This document shows, piece after piece, positions 41,691 through 54,431 of a stretch of 64,000 nucleotides of DNA. The translations under genes were made by a program, and so were the position numbers. A model generated the notes under the pieces. It did not search any database and was not told where the DNA came from. It worked only from the letters and a program-made list of their open reading frames with translations. Positions within the stretch are counted from its first letter, which is position 1, and each line of letters begins with the position of its first letter. Source of the DNA: Octopus sinensis (taxonomy: Eukaryota); NCBI RefSeq assembly GCF_006345805.1, contig NC_043003.1:28892001-28956000 (forward strand), written 5' to 3'.

Positions 41691-42288
41691 ACGGCGTACG
41701 TACACTCTGTTCTCTCTCTATATATATATTTATACACACACACACACATACGCACACACACACACACATATATGTATATAATTACGTGTGTATATATACA
41801 CATGCAGTAACCCCTCGAATAGCGCGGGTGTTGCGTTCCAAAACCTACAGCGATAGATGCAAATCCGCGAAGTAGAAATATCCGCGAAGTACCCTTTTTA
41901 TTTCTTATAGTTCTTTTACTTCTTTCAGTCACTTGACTGTGGCCATGCTGGAGTACCTCTTTTAGTCGAAGAAATCCACCCAACGACATATTCTTTCTAA
42001 GCCTAGTGCTTATTCTAACGGACTAACTTGCCGAACTGCCAAGTTACAGGGACGTAAACACACCAATGTCTGTTGTCAAGCAATGGTGTGGTGAGGACAA
42101 ACACAGATGCATGCACAAATGCGTATATATATACGACATTTGATACACACACAAGTAGAGTATTGATCGAGACTTCGAAGTTACTGTCAATAAATAAATA
42201 TGCACTCGCTAAAAAGTAGTAGTCCTTCAGTTTAATGGAAAATCGTTTTGATGTGTTATGTGTTGTGTGTGTGTGTGTTTGTGTGTGT

Positions 42289-42333
<45 letters not shown>

Positions 42334-42859
42334 AGTGTTCGTCATCTCTACCATCACTTACAACCGACATTGGTGTGTTTACGTCACCTAACTTAGCTGT
42401 TCGGCAAAAGACACCGACAAAATAAGAATAAGTACTAGGCTTACAAAGAATAAGTCTTTGGGTCGATTTCTTTGACTAAAAGCCCTTTAAGATGGTGCTC
42501 CAGCATGAGCGCAGTCAAATGACTGAAACATGTGAAAGAATAAACCAATATATGCTGCATCTAAACACAGTTCCTTTCTTACTTTTTATCTCCCCCTCAT
42601 ACTGCAGCGCTCCCACTTGTCTGCTAAACTTTCACCCTTTTCTTTTCCTCGCTTCATCAATATTTTCTTCTGAAAACAGCTTATACTTTCATTAAAACGT
42701 TAAGCTAGTATAATATTTGTCAAAACTTGTTCCTCCTTTATCGTCTTTCTTATTGCACTAACACCAAGTATACCGATAGTTCTATCTACTTTTTCCTCTG
42801 TCTTTCTCTCTTTCTCTCTCTCCTCTATCTCCCTCTCTCTCTCTCTCTTCTCCCTATCT

Positions 42860-42905
<46 letters not shown>

Positions 42906-43134
42906 GAAATATTAAAATTACTAAGTCTCTCTAAAAGAGATTACGGCAGCGTTACTGGAAATTAATAGTTATCGCCATACTAATATGGCAATCTTATAAA
43001 TATAAGACTAAAGCTGTCGATGATTAGCTTCAAGAGGCCACCGCCTCAAGCTAGTTATTTGACACACAATCTGCGTCCATTGTAGACTTTCGAACAGGGG
43101 AGGTCAGCCGCTTCATCCTGCTAGTCAGACAGCT

Positions 43135-43504
43135 TATATAAAATCCGTTCTGTCTGTCTGTCTGTGTGTGTGGCTTCTAGGATCTCGGGCATCCTCCATC
43201 CGATTGCGCACAAATTTGATATATAGATACCGACGGTATCAGGGCGTGTATAAATCTTGAAAAAACGACAAAAATCGATTCCAGGTCAGAATGCGATCGA
43301 TAAAGCCGTGGGAAATCTTTTTTCTTTGGAATAGAAAAAAAGTCTATCTTTATTTCTTCTTTTGCTGGTGTCTCAAATTTATGTTAAATCAGCGTTTCTC
43401 AAAGAGGAGGCCTATGGGACGGTCGGACAAGTTGTTTTGAGAAACTTTGGTTTAAATGTTTGACAACTCAGCACCGTCCATTGGACGGGGGGCGTTTTGC
43501 TCGT
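43135..43504 (+). mobile_element. Possible non-autonomous Helitron-like element
   Basis: 5' TTATATAAAA followed by (GTCT)n; 3' perfect hairpin CCGTCCA-T-TGGACGG (43474-43488) about 11 nt before a CTCG|T end. Confidence 0.4.
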
Positions 43505-43715
43505 ATACATACATATCACTACATACTCTCTCATACACACACATACCCTCACGTTGGGGCGAGGTCATTTGACCCTGTTATCTCCTCTATTTTCGCTCTT
43601 GCGTCTCACGTTTGATCTTTGATTTTCTGGCGCGAATCATATCGCCATGTTGGATCGAAGCTTCTGCACGCTTTTTTTCTCTCCTTGTTTCTCTCCGTGT
43701 TTCTTTTCTGTGTAT

Positions 43716-43751
43716 CTTTCTGTTGAAGAGCGTAGGCTCGAAACGTTAAAG
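43716..43751 (+). ncRNA. Hammerhead-like variant (core CUGUUGA); sister copy on the minus strand at 24487-24520 (core CUGUAGA)
   Basis: CTTT-CTGTTGA-A-GAGC[GTAG]GCTC-GAA-ACGT-T-AAAG. The conserved A6 is replaced by U. Confidence 0.4.
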
Positions 43752-43846
43752 ACTTGTTTTATTTAATTCCTGAGCGCCATACTAATACAATGTTTGTTTG
43801 TATTCCACCTGCCTTCGTCTTTTGTTATTTTCATAAAGCTTCCCGT

Positions 43847-43894
<48 letters not shown>

Positions 43895-44010
43895 CATATT
43901 ATAATATATATATACATATAATATGTATGTAGTATGTATGCATGCATGTATGCATGTATGTATGTATGTACGTACGTACATATGCAGTTATGTATATATA
44001 TATGTGTGTA

Positions 44011-44052
<42 letters not shown>

Positions 44053-44908
44053 GTGTGTGTGTGTGTGTGTAGAGTATCTCACAGGTGTATGTACACCCTA
44101 AAGGACTATTTGCTATATTCAATATTTTATCCACTTTTTACAATCCACTGGACGGTCTTCTATAACGTTTCTGTTTACGCTGTTTAATTTACGAGATATA
44201 GTTCTGCCAAAAGGCTTATCAAAATATATCGTAAAACAAGCCACGCAATGTGCTTGAACTCGAGACTGAACTTCTTAATCATTCATCCATTAGAGAGACG
44301 TATTTGTGTGTTTGGATACATTAAGTCATTATTTATTCATATTTATATATGACATCTTTCTACTTACTCAAGTTGACTTACCTCGTAACGTTGGTTTCTT
44401 GTACACGTGTGTATGCTTGTATGTTTAAGAGAGAGAGAGAGAGAGAAAGAGAGGGAGAGAGAGAGATCGACGTATACACAGAGACAAACACAAGCATACA
44501 CACACACATACACACACAGATAGACAAAGAGACAGTGAGTATGTGTAGATGTGCGTTTAGCCAGAAGTGTAAGATATGCCAAACGCCTAACCTTTATTCT
44601 GCAGGAAAAGAATTTACACTCCGGGCATATAACAGACTCACCTCCACACAGTTATCAACACTAAACAAACAAATGTGTATATGTAAATGTATGCTTAATA
44701 CACACACACAGATACATACATACATATATCTATATATATATATTATATATATATATATAATATGTATATATATATATTATATATATATATATAATATATA
44801 TATATGTTATATATCACACCATATAGCATATGTATATACATATACATACATATACATATACATATGTATATACATATACATAAATATACATATATATATA
44901 TATATATA

Positions 44909-44954
<46 letters not shown>

Positions 44955-44967
44955 TCTATGTATTAAT

Positions 44968-46530
44968 ATTACCGAACGTGATACAGGAATCTTGCACGTG
45001 TACGCAAATATCTCGCCAACAATGGTGATGACACTGAAAACAAGTCCTTCGTTGTGGACGTACAGATAATGGTTTCTGCATCTAGTATTATTGACGGAGA
45101 GGAAGGTGAGAAGATGAGGAGATGGGAAGATGGGAAAAATGTAGCGTAGCGCCTCTAAGAAACTCGTGAAAATTCTTAACATATGAACAAGCAGTGTATT
45201 TGCACAGACATTAGGCCATTCAGCTAAGTTCTTATCTTCAGTGTTTTTTTTCAGTCACGTGTTACGTGTCAGAAGTGGGTAAACATTTAAATAAACAAAA
45301 TTAACTGGTACAGAAATCAACATAGTTACAATGATGTGGATTAGCAAATAAACAACAATAATAATACAAAAACTAGTAAATTAATTGCACTGCGTTTCAA
45401 ATTATTAACGATGTAACATTTTTTAAATTTTATTTAAAATCTACTTGTTAGAATTCAACGAAATTGCCACTGAATGATAACAACAGTTCTATGCGCGTTG
45501 TGTATGTAGAAAAATGTGATGTTCTGCGCAAGTGTAAACAACTTGCGACCATTTGTATGATTTCCACGAACTTCCAGTGTTCCAGATTATTAACGGGTGG
45601 TCTGATAATCGTGTTATTATGGGTCGTAAATGTGACTCAATTGCTTCAGAATAATCTGTTTTTACTTTTGAACATGCAAAATGTAAATCATTATTAGAAA
45701 TATCTAAAATAATTTTGAAGATATCACCAATCTGTGAAAAAAATTTGTTACAGCTCCTCTGAAGATACGTAAGAAAGCGGATAAAGGCCAGTCGAGAGCT
45801 GTTTCTCAACGTTCTCTGTCACGAATTTAGCGTGAAACAATAAAGAAGCTAGGTCTTACAAGGGGAAATTTCGTTGAATTCTAACGAGTAGTTTTTGAAT
45901 AAAATACCTCGGAGGGATTTAAACTCAGAAGTTAAAAGGTTGTTACTAAATACCAGTTCGTTAACGAATCTATCAATCAATAAGACTTTAGGAACAATGC
46001 CTGTACTTTTGTCGGGAGTTATTTCTTATTCTTATTGTATCGACCACGAAAAGTTAAATCTACCTCAGTGGACCACGAAAAGTTAAAATCTACCTCAGTG
46101 GAATATGAGCTCAGAAATGTAAAGCCAGTAGAAATGTTTTTAAATATTTTGACAAGCGTGTTATGGATTCTGCCAGCTTACTGCCTTCACCACCCTTAAT
46201 AATCGTACTATATTTTTCCAATATAGGTACAAGGCTAGCAATTTAGGGACCCTTTATTTAATCGACCTCGAAAGGTTAAAAGACAAAATTGACCACTACA
46301 GCAATTGGACTCAGAAGGTAAATACTTTTACCATCACTCAAACGATTCTTTAAATCCAATTACTATATAATTAATGAAGCCAAACAAAAATATAAACAAA
46401 TAAAGTAATTAGGAAATTAATGAAAATCTCACTGTCTTACAGCCAATCGTAAGATGACACGTGTTAGAAGGTTCCTAAATGATAATCAAAAGTGACGAAA
46501 GTTGCAGGTGTAATTAGTTTTCAGTATGAA
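44968..46530. repeat. Copy 1 of an old tandem segmental duplication
   Basis: Collinear blocks 44970-45420/51297-51750, 45910-45982/52662-52732, 46100-46330/52860-53100 and 46390-46530/53203-53345. Confidence 0.85.
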
Positions 46531-46635
46531 TCTTGTGCGAACGTATGATATATGTATGTATGTGCGTTTGTAAATATATATATATAATATATATATAATA
46601 TATATGTGTGTGTGTGTGTGTGTGTGGTGTGTGTG

Positions 46636-46686
<51 letters not shown>

Positions 46687-46819
46687 GGGTGTGTGCGAGA
46701 GAGAGAGAGTGTGGTTTTTAAGTATGTATGTACGTACTCATGTATGAATGTGTGTTCATACACACACACATATTATATATTATGTGTGTGTTATACGTAT
46801 ATATGCATATATGTGCGTG

Positions 46820-46852
<33 letters not shown>

Positions 46853-46972
46853 TATATAAACATTTAAATAATGAGGGAGATAAATTGAATATTAATTTAA
46901 TTAATATCAATTTAAAACCAGTAGCCTAGCATACAAAAATTTGAAAAATTTGAGAAAATTCTAATACATGTG

Positions 46973-47218
46973 TATATTTAAAGGGCTAAAAAACCACTAG
47001 GTGGTCAGCCGTATGCTAGAAGTAGATCACCTACGATCAAACTACAAAGAAAAGAATGTTCTCTAGAGGAAAATTCAGCGGAACACCATGCCCGCGTATT
47101 GTTCTGGTGTTCCACTGAATTTTCCTCTAGAGAACATTCTTTTCTTTGTAGTTTGATCGTAGGTGATCTACTTCTAGCATACGGCTGACCACCTAGTGGT
47201 TTTAGCCCTTTAAATATA
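46973..47218. repeat. Near-perfect foldback: ~115-bp arms, 16-nt loop
   Basis: Arms differ only by a homopolymer indel and one substitution; loop at 47089-47104. Confidence 0.95.
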
Positions 47219-47552
47219 TATATATAATATATACTATATTATATATATATATACTATATACAAACATACATATATATACATACATATACATGCATACATA
47301 TGTGTGTATATTTGTGTGTGTGCGCGCGTTGCCAAGAAGCGATAAATTATAGAACTCAATACAAATGTATTGTATTCCTTAATACATTATAACTGCAAAG
47401 CTTCAATGTCCAATACTCAGAGCTTCCGATCGTCACCTGATAAACCAAGCCTGGTTTTCTTTTGAAATATTCACTGTTGAAGTATTTTTTTGAAATATGA
47501 AATGAAAGTTTGAAGAAAGTGCCTATCCTTATTATTTTGTTATATTTCATCA

Positions 47553-47838
47553 AGTTTCAGCTCACGAGCTGTGGCAATGCTGGGACACCGCCATTTGGTG
47601 TTGCTACATAATTTTACTTCACGAATACTTTTTAGCAATTGACATTTGGTGCATGAGAGAGTTTGAGACATCTGCCCTCATCTGTACCTCCTGTCGCGAA
47701 GCTGGGCCATCTGGGACACCTGACAGGAAGAAGTCCAGTTTTCTTTTGAAGACACCTACATCCACCCCATACAGGTCTCTCAGGTCCTTCGGGAGGATAT
47801 TGAAAAGCTGTGGACCTCTGAAGCCCAGGCTATTGCAG
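47553..47838 (-). pseudogene. 3' fragment of the same CR1-like LINE
   Basis: LGFRGPQLFNILPKDLRDLYGVDV..EVQMRADVSNSLMHQ; 3' UTR matches 41590-41655. Confidence 0.9.
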
Positions 47839-48029
47839 TTTAAAAACCTTTGTGAATGACACGTGTAAAAGTGATCGCTTTTCATTTCTGGTGCTCCTGA
47901 TGGTATCATAAACTTCTTAAAATCCGTGAGGAAGTAAAGAAATTGCATTGTTGCTTAAGTGTCTCTCTACAATCAGAACTCCTTTAATGAAGGCCGCGGA
48001 ATTTGCAAAATAAAACCACTGTTATTGGT

Positions 48030-48373
48030 CAGTTAGATAACGTGATCATGCACTCGTGGAAATCGCTTCTGTTTTGTAACGAATTATTCAATTTATCAAT
48101 GTGAGCTTGTGATGGAATCTAAATCTATACATTCTAAATATTCTGAGAAAAATTTCATGAAATGGATTATAGTTTATATCGTTATGATCATCTGATTCTA
48201 TCGAGAAATTTTAACGGTCAGAAGTTAGAGAGATCTGAGAAAAATTTGATTAAAATATTTCAGGATATAGGACTTGGAATTACTCGAGGTGCTAACGTAA
48301 TTGCCGTCAATTTTCTTGACGCAACGTTAAGACTGGATAATGATAGGTTTAGATCATACCACAAACCAAATGA

Positions 48374-48444
<71 letters not shown>

Positions 48445-49290
48445 CAGAGAAATTGAATCATCCATCTTGTGTATTGAGGAACTTGGTTGACAATATTAGT
48501 AAGCATGTATGCTTGTTATCTTCTAATAAAGATGCTTTTTAAGGGTGCAGCTGCGTATTGAAATGAGGCGCTAAGAAATAATGGTTTCTCTGATAAGACT
48601 GAATACGTATAAATCGTTCAGGACACACAGCGTAAGACCAGGAATAGGAAAAAGAACATTTTATGGTTCAATCCAATATTTAACCTAGCAGTAAAAACCA
48701 ATATAGCTAGAGAGTTCTCTGGTCGAAAATGTTGATTTTCGACCAGAGAATAAGTATGGTAAGATATTGAATAGGAACTGTGCTAGGATTTTAGTTATTC
48801 AGCCTGTATGAATTTTATGTGTTATATCAGAATTATAATGCTGCAAAACTAAATGGAAGAAAGATGCAAACAGCAGGCCAACAAAGATCCTGCAAATTTT
48901 GAATGTGTGCCACCTGTTTAGTTGGAAGTTGTTTGACGAAGCAGCACCAATGTTGAATCAAACAGCAGAGATAAACCTAAGACATATATTGAGGCAACGG
49001 AACTCACATCCAAAAACCGTTATTATAAGTTAATTCATTTGTCAGCCCCAGTAAAAAAAAAATACGCTACGGCTTTCTCGAAGTTTATATGGTCTTTGAG
49101 TGAGATATGTCATCACGAATTCAAAATTACCTGCTCTAGTGTAGATCCTGATCAAACTTACACGATCGGGAGTTTTAAAGAAATAGATACGGTGTTTAGG
49201 CGAAATATTGAGAATTTTGATTCCGGGCAGCAATATTTTGAACAAAAGAACAGAACAGTTAGCACCTTGCATTCTTGCAGTTAAGACTCC
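48030..49290 (+). pseudogene. Degenerate Penelope-like element (RT C-terminus plus GIY-YIG endonuclease), interrupted by a (TA)n(GA)n tract
   Basis: IMHS.KSLLF; YRYDHLILSRNFNGQKLER..VNFLDATLRLDNDRFRSYHKPND; NHPS..NISK; RKKNILWFNP..VKTNIAREF; KTYIEATELTSKNRYY; FSKFIWSL. Confidence 0.8.
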
Positions 49291-49477
49291 TTGAATGATT
49301 CATTAATGTTTTATTGATAGAAGATATACGTGTGGGTACATGTCAATGTGTCCGTATGAGTATATATGCATATATGTATATGTGTGCACCACCATGAACA
49401 CTCACATACACACACGTTGTTCTTTTTTAAAAAAACATAAAAAAAAGTATTGCTCTCTCTTTACTCATTAACTCTTT

Positions 49478-49714
49478 TACTTGTTTCAGTCATTTGACTG
49501 TGGCCATGCTGAAGCACCGCCTTTAGTCGAGCAAATAGACCCCAGGACTTATTCTTTGTACGCCTAGTACTTATTCTATCAGTCTCTTTGCCGAACCGCT
49601 AAGTTACGGGTACTTAAACACACCCATTATCGGTTGTCAAGCGATGTTGGCGAGACAAACACAGACACACACACATATACACACATATATACATACATAC
49701 ATACACACACATAT

Positions 49715-49769
<55 letters not shown>

Positions 49770-49952
49770 AATATATATATATGTATACACATATACGACG
49801 GTCTTCTTTCAGTTTCCGTCTACCAAATCCACTCACAAGGCTTTGGTCGGCCCAAGGCTATAGTAGAAGACACTTGCCCAAGGTGCCATGCAGTAACCCG
49901 GAACCATATGGTTCGTAAGCAAGCTACTTACCACACACCCACTCCTACGCCT
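49478..49952 (-). mobile_element. SINE family C (minus strand) with internal microsatellite
   Basis: Head at 49800-49950 and tail at 49478-49530 match the other family C copies. Confidence 0.85.
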
Positions 49953-50070
49953 ATATTTCATATTTCGAAAATTATCAAAACAGTGGATATATCAAATAAG
50001 ATGCAGGTTCTTTGCTACATCTGATGATAAGAGATGAGCAGCTCTGAGTACAGGAAATTGGAGCCTTTAA

Positions 50071-50106
<36 letters not shown>

Positions 50107-50626
50107 AACATTTACATATATACATACGTACCTAACTACATATATATATATGTGTGTGTGTGTGTATGTAAGTATTCATACATACATACATATTTACATA
50201 CATGCATACATGCATACACACATACATATATTCCTATAAATATAGTTTTGTGAAGCTATTTTATGCAAGCGTATATGGTGTATCAATTATGCCTATAACT
50301 GCATAACTGCGTTTTTAAACATACGTACACACGTTGATAAATATGTACATAATAGCCGTATATGCCAATTTTCTCATCTTTTTGGATTACCGCTATACAT
50401 TCACCATCTGCATATTTTAATATCCTCATTATTTTTAATACGGACATACAACCTCGTAACTACATTTATGCATTTATATATTTATATATTTATAAATATC
50501 TATATTATATCTTGTGTATATGGATTATATGAATGCACCTACGTGTGGTGTGATATTCCGATGGTCTGAAATATATTGAGTGAATATGACCTTTGAAATT
50601 TGTTCCATCTTTCTTGTTTTTTTATA

Positions 50627-50693
<67 letters not shown>

Positions 50694-50710
50694 CATGCAC
50701 ACACACACAC

Positions 50711-50750
<40 letters not shown>

Positions 50751-50754
50751 GTGT

Positions 50755-51209
50755 GGGGAAAGTAAGAAGCAAAAAAAGCGAAGATGCACATTGAATAGCA
50801 AAAAAACGCTTTTTTATGAAAAGTAGCGATAAATATACACAATTAGATGAACTGAGATAGAATTAAGAAATATTAAAGTCATTATTTTGAATTGTTAAAG
50901 AGATTCAAAGTCATACTGGTATCGTCATTGCTGTTCACTGGCTTTGAATGCGCACCGATTACCAAACGGTGTCGGGCCTACTAGTCCCTGAGTAAGAAGA
51001 TTATGGGTAAGGGACTAGTAGATCCGGCACCGTTTGGTAATCGGTGCGCATTCAAAGCCAATTCAAAATAATGGCTTTTATTATTCCTCTTAATTCTACC
51101 TCAGTTCGTCTAATTGTATATATTTATCGCTACTTTTCATAAAAAAAACCCTTAATTTTTTAAATATTCAATGTGCATTTTCGCTTTTTTTTTCTTGTTA
51201 CTTTTCCCA
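50755..51209. repeat. Asymmetric foldback (~450 bp) with a 51-bp near-perfect inner stem
   Basis: Inner arms 50939-50989 and 51010-51060, 20-nt loop. Outer arms 50755-50893 and 51061-51209, with a ~45-nt insert in the left arm. Confidence 0.9.
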
Positions 51210-51296
51210 TATCTTTTCCACGTGTCGTTTCTATTTTCTTTTTGAAACATATTTCTATTATATATATATATATATATATATTTGCTTGCAAACATT

Positions 51297-53345
51297 TCCG
51301 AACGTGATATAGGAATCTTTTCACGTGTATACAGTAATCTAAGCATCGGTGGTGATGACACTGAGAACAAGCCCTCCATTGTCGACATACAGATAATGGT
51401 TTCTGCAACTAGTATTATTGATGGACAGGAAGATGGGAAGATGGGATGAAGGAAAGGTGGGAAGATATGGGGCAGGACCTCTGAGAAACGCGTGAAAACT
51501 CTTAATATGTGAAGAAGCAGTGTATTTACACAAATATCAGGCCATTCAATAGAGTTCTTATCATTGGTAACTTCAGGTTTTTTTCAGTCACGTGTTAGGT
51601 GTCAGAAGCAGGCAAGCATTAATTGGTGCAAGCAAACATTAATTAATGCAGAGTTCACTATAATTAGGATGGTAGAGAATGTTTAATAAACAAGATCAAC
51701 AACAAGAACCACAATATATAAATTTTAATTAATTACACTGTGTAACAAGGTTTTTGTTCTTGGGTAGCAACTGTTATTTCCTATTTGCATTCCAGCGGAG
51801 GCACATGGCCTAGGGGTTAGAGCAGCGGACTCGCGGGTTCGAATCTCAGACCGGGCGAACTTCTGCTGACTCCTTCGCCACAACTTTCTCTCACTCTTTC
51901 CTCCTGCATCTTGCAGCTCACCTGCGTCAGACCGGCGTCCCGTCCAGGTGGGGAACCTATACGCCACGGAAACCGGGAAACCGGCCCTATGAGCCAGGCA
52001 TGGCTCGAGATGGAACAAACAAACAACAACAACAATTTGCATTCCCCTAGGAAGTATGAAAAATGGCTATTTCTCTCAACTGTGCTTTTGTTACATTTAT
52101 CCAACCCCTAAAGAGTCCCTTTCAACACATGGCTATGATGCTCCCCAACTACTCCTGATCATGATCAGAGATGCACACAATGTCGTATTGTCAAGTGGCT
52201 ACGGTCAAGCGGCTGTGGTATTGAGCAGAATATTTGCTATAGCAATGTTTCTGCTTCAGCAACACAACGCTGAATCTATCTGAAATGGAATGGAAAATTG
52301 GTCAATTTCAAATCATTGACGACCAAGTCACAAAAGTAAAATTTGAAGGGAATAGTAGTCATCTCCTTTGATTTCTAGATAGAACCAAATAGGAAATAAT
52401 ACTGACCAAAGACGAAATAATATCAATAAATTTTGTTACACAATGTTATATGATATAAGAAATTATGAAGGGATATTGTGAAATTGAAATATTATCGCAA
52501 TCCCCACGGGGCCAAAGTAAATGGCCAAAATTAGAAAGATGATATATAAGGAATAACGGTTTTTAATCTACGTGCAAGTCCAACAATTTGTGTCGATCCC
52601 AGATCATGACTGGTACTTTAATTTATCAAGGAACGATAGGCTGAAAGGCAAAGTTGACGTCAGAGGGATTTCAACTCAGAACTTAAAGTGCTATTACTGA
52701 ATACCATTTCTTTAACAAATATGTCAATCAACTCCCCTTATTAACTCTTTCTACTATAGGCACAAGACCAGGAATTTTGTGGGGAATGACATCAACCCGA
52801 GTGGTAAACAGTTCTTATTTTATTGACCACGAACGGATGAAATTAGAAGTCGGCTTCGACGAAATTTGAACTCAGGAATGTAAAACCAAAAGGTATGCCG
52901 GTAAGTATTTTATCCAATACGTTAAGGATTCTGACAGTTTGCCGCCTCCACAGGCCTTAATGATATTTGTTTCTAACATAGATGCAAGGTTGGAATTTTA
53001 GGAGCACTTTACTTAATCGACCCCGAAAGGATAAAAGGCAAAGTTGACCCCGACGGGAATGGAACTTAGAAAGTAAAGAGCCAGGGTCAACGACACTATG
53101 CACTTTTACGAACGCTCTAGCGATTCTACAAATGCAACACCGTCTAACAATCCAATGACTAATAACATTAATGAAGGGAGACAAAAATATAATCGAATAG
53201 TTATATAAACAAATAAAGTAATTAGGAAATTAATGGAAATGCCAGCAAGTCTTTCAGCCAATCAGAAGCTGGCAATGTTAGAAAGTTCCTGAATGATAGA
53301 CTATAGTGACGAAAGTTTGAAATGTAATTAGTTTTCAGTATGCGA
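51297..53345. repeat. Copy 2 of the old tandem segmental duplication, with an extra SINE/LINE-like insertion at ~51780-52260
   Basis: See 44968-46530. Confidence 0.85.
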
Positions 53346-53443
53346 CTTCTACATACGTATGTATGAAGTATGTCTAAATATGTATGTATGTATGTATGCA
53401 TGTATGCATGTATGCATGTATGCATGTATGTATGTGATTATGT

Positions 53444-53481
<38 letters not shown>

Positions 53482-54208
53482 TTACAAACACACGCTCGTG
53501 TATATCTCTTTGTCGAATTCTTTGGTGCACGTGTTTAGGCTGTATAATTTACATATATAAACGTGTAAAGCACACGTGTGCCCATAAATACAATATGTAC
53601 ATTATAGCTGTGTGCTTAAAGAGCTTTTGAATGCAATCTTGCTGTCTGTCGCGTGAAGAGAGGTAGACAAACATAGAACGAGAGACAGACAGAAAGACAG
53701 ACAGACAGAAAGACAGACAGACAGAAAGACAGACAGACAGAAGGATAAGGAGAGAAGAAAACAAAACAAAGCATGGGAGACTGTTAATAAAATATTCATT
53801 TACAACGTCTTAAGTTTATTTAACAAAGATTATTAGTTGTATAATCGAAATCTGATAATCAAATGTTCATAAGACGTGTAGCCTTCATACATAACATTGT
53901 TGGATTATAATGCTTTCAAATTATGGCAGAAGGCAAACAACATTGAGAAGGGGAGAAAACGATTACACTGACGCTAGTGCTTAACTGGTACTTATTTTAT
54001 CGACCGCGAACTGATAAAAGGCTAAACTAATATCGATGAGGTTTGAGCTCATAAAGTTAAAGAAATACCGCAAAGTATCTTGCCTGATACATTAACTATT
54101 CTTCCAGCTCAGCACTGCAAAATAGATTACAATATGAATGGAAATGCACATGGAGTTGAAATTGTGTGTTGTTTTTTATCGTGTAATTTAAATTTGAAAT
54201 CGCACACT

Positions 54209-54246
<38 letters not shown>

Positions 54247-54431
54247 GTGTAGGTAGATAGTTCGAGAAAATTTCACCTGTTTCCTCATTAATCACACCTG
54301 TTTATTACACTATTACAATACAAAACATGATCTCAATTGCTGCTGTTAGCAAACGAAACATGTGCAATGGTGGATAAATAATACCAAAAATTTCCAAATT
54401 TTTACTAAATTCTTACTAAATTCTTACTAAA

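Noticed and set aside
45030-45085. CRNHYLYVHNEGLV resembling the first strands of FGF/beta-trefoil proteins
   Set aside because: The match is short, spacing to the next motif is wrong, and all three frames are open, so chance cannot be excluded.
45755-45788. CCT-CTGAAGA-TACGTAA-GAAA hammerhead-like string
   Set aside because: Helix II has no viable loop, helix III is unpaired and helix I is out of register.
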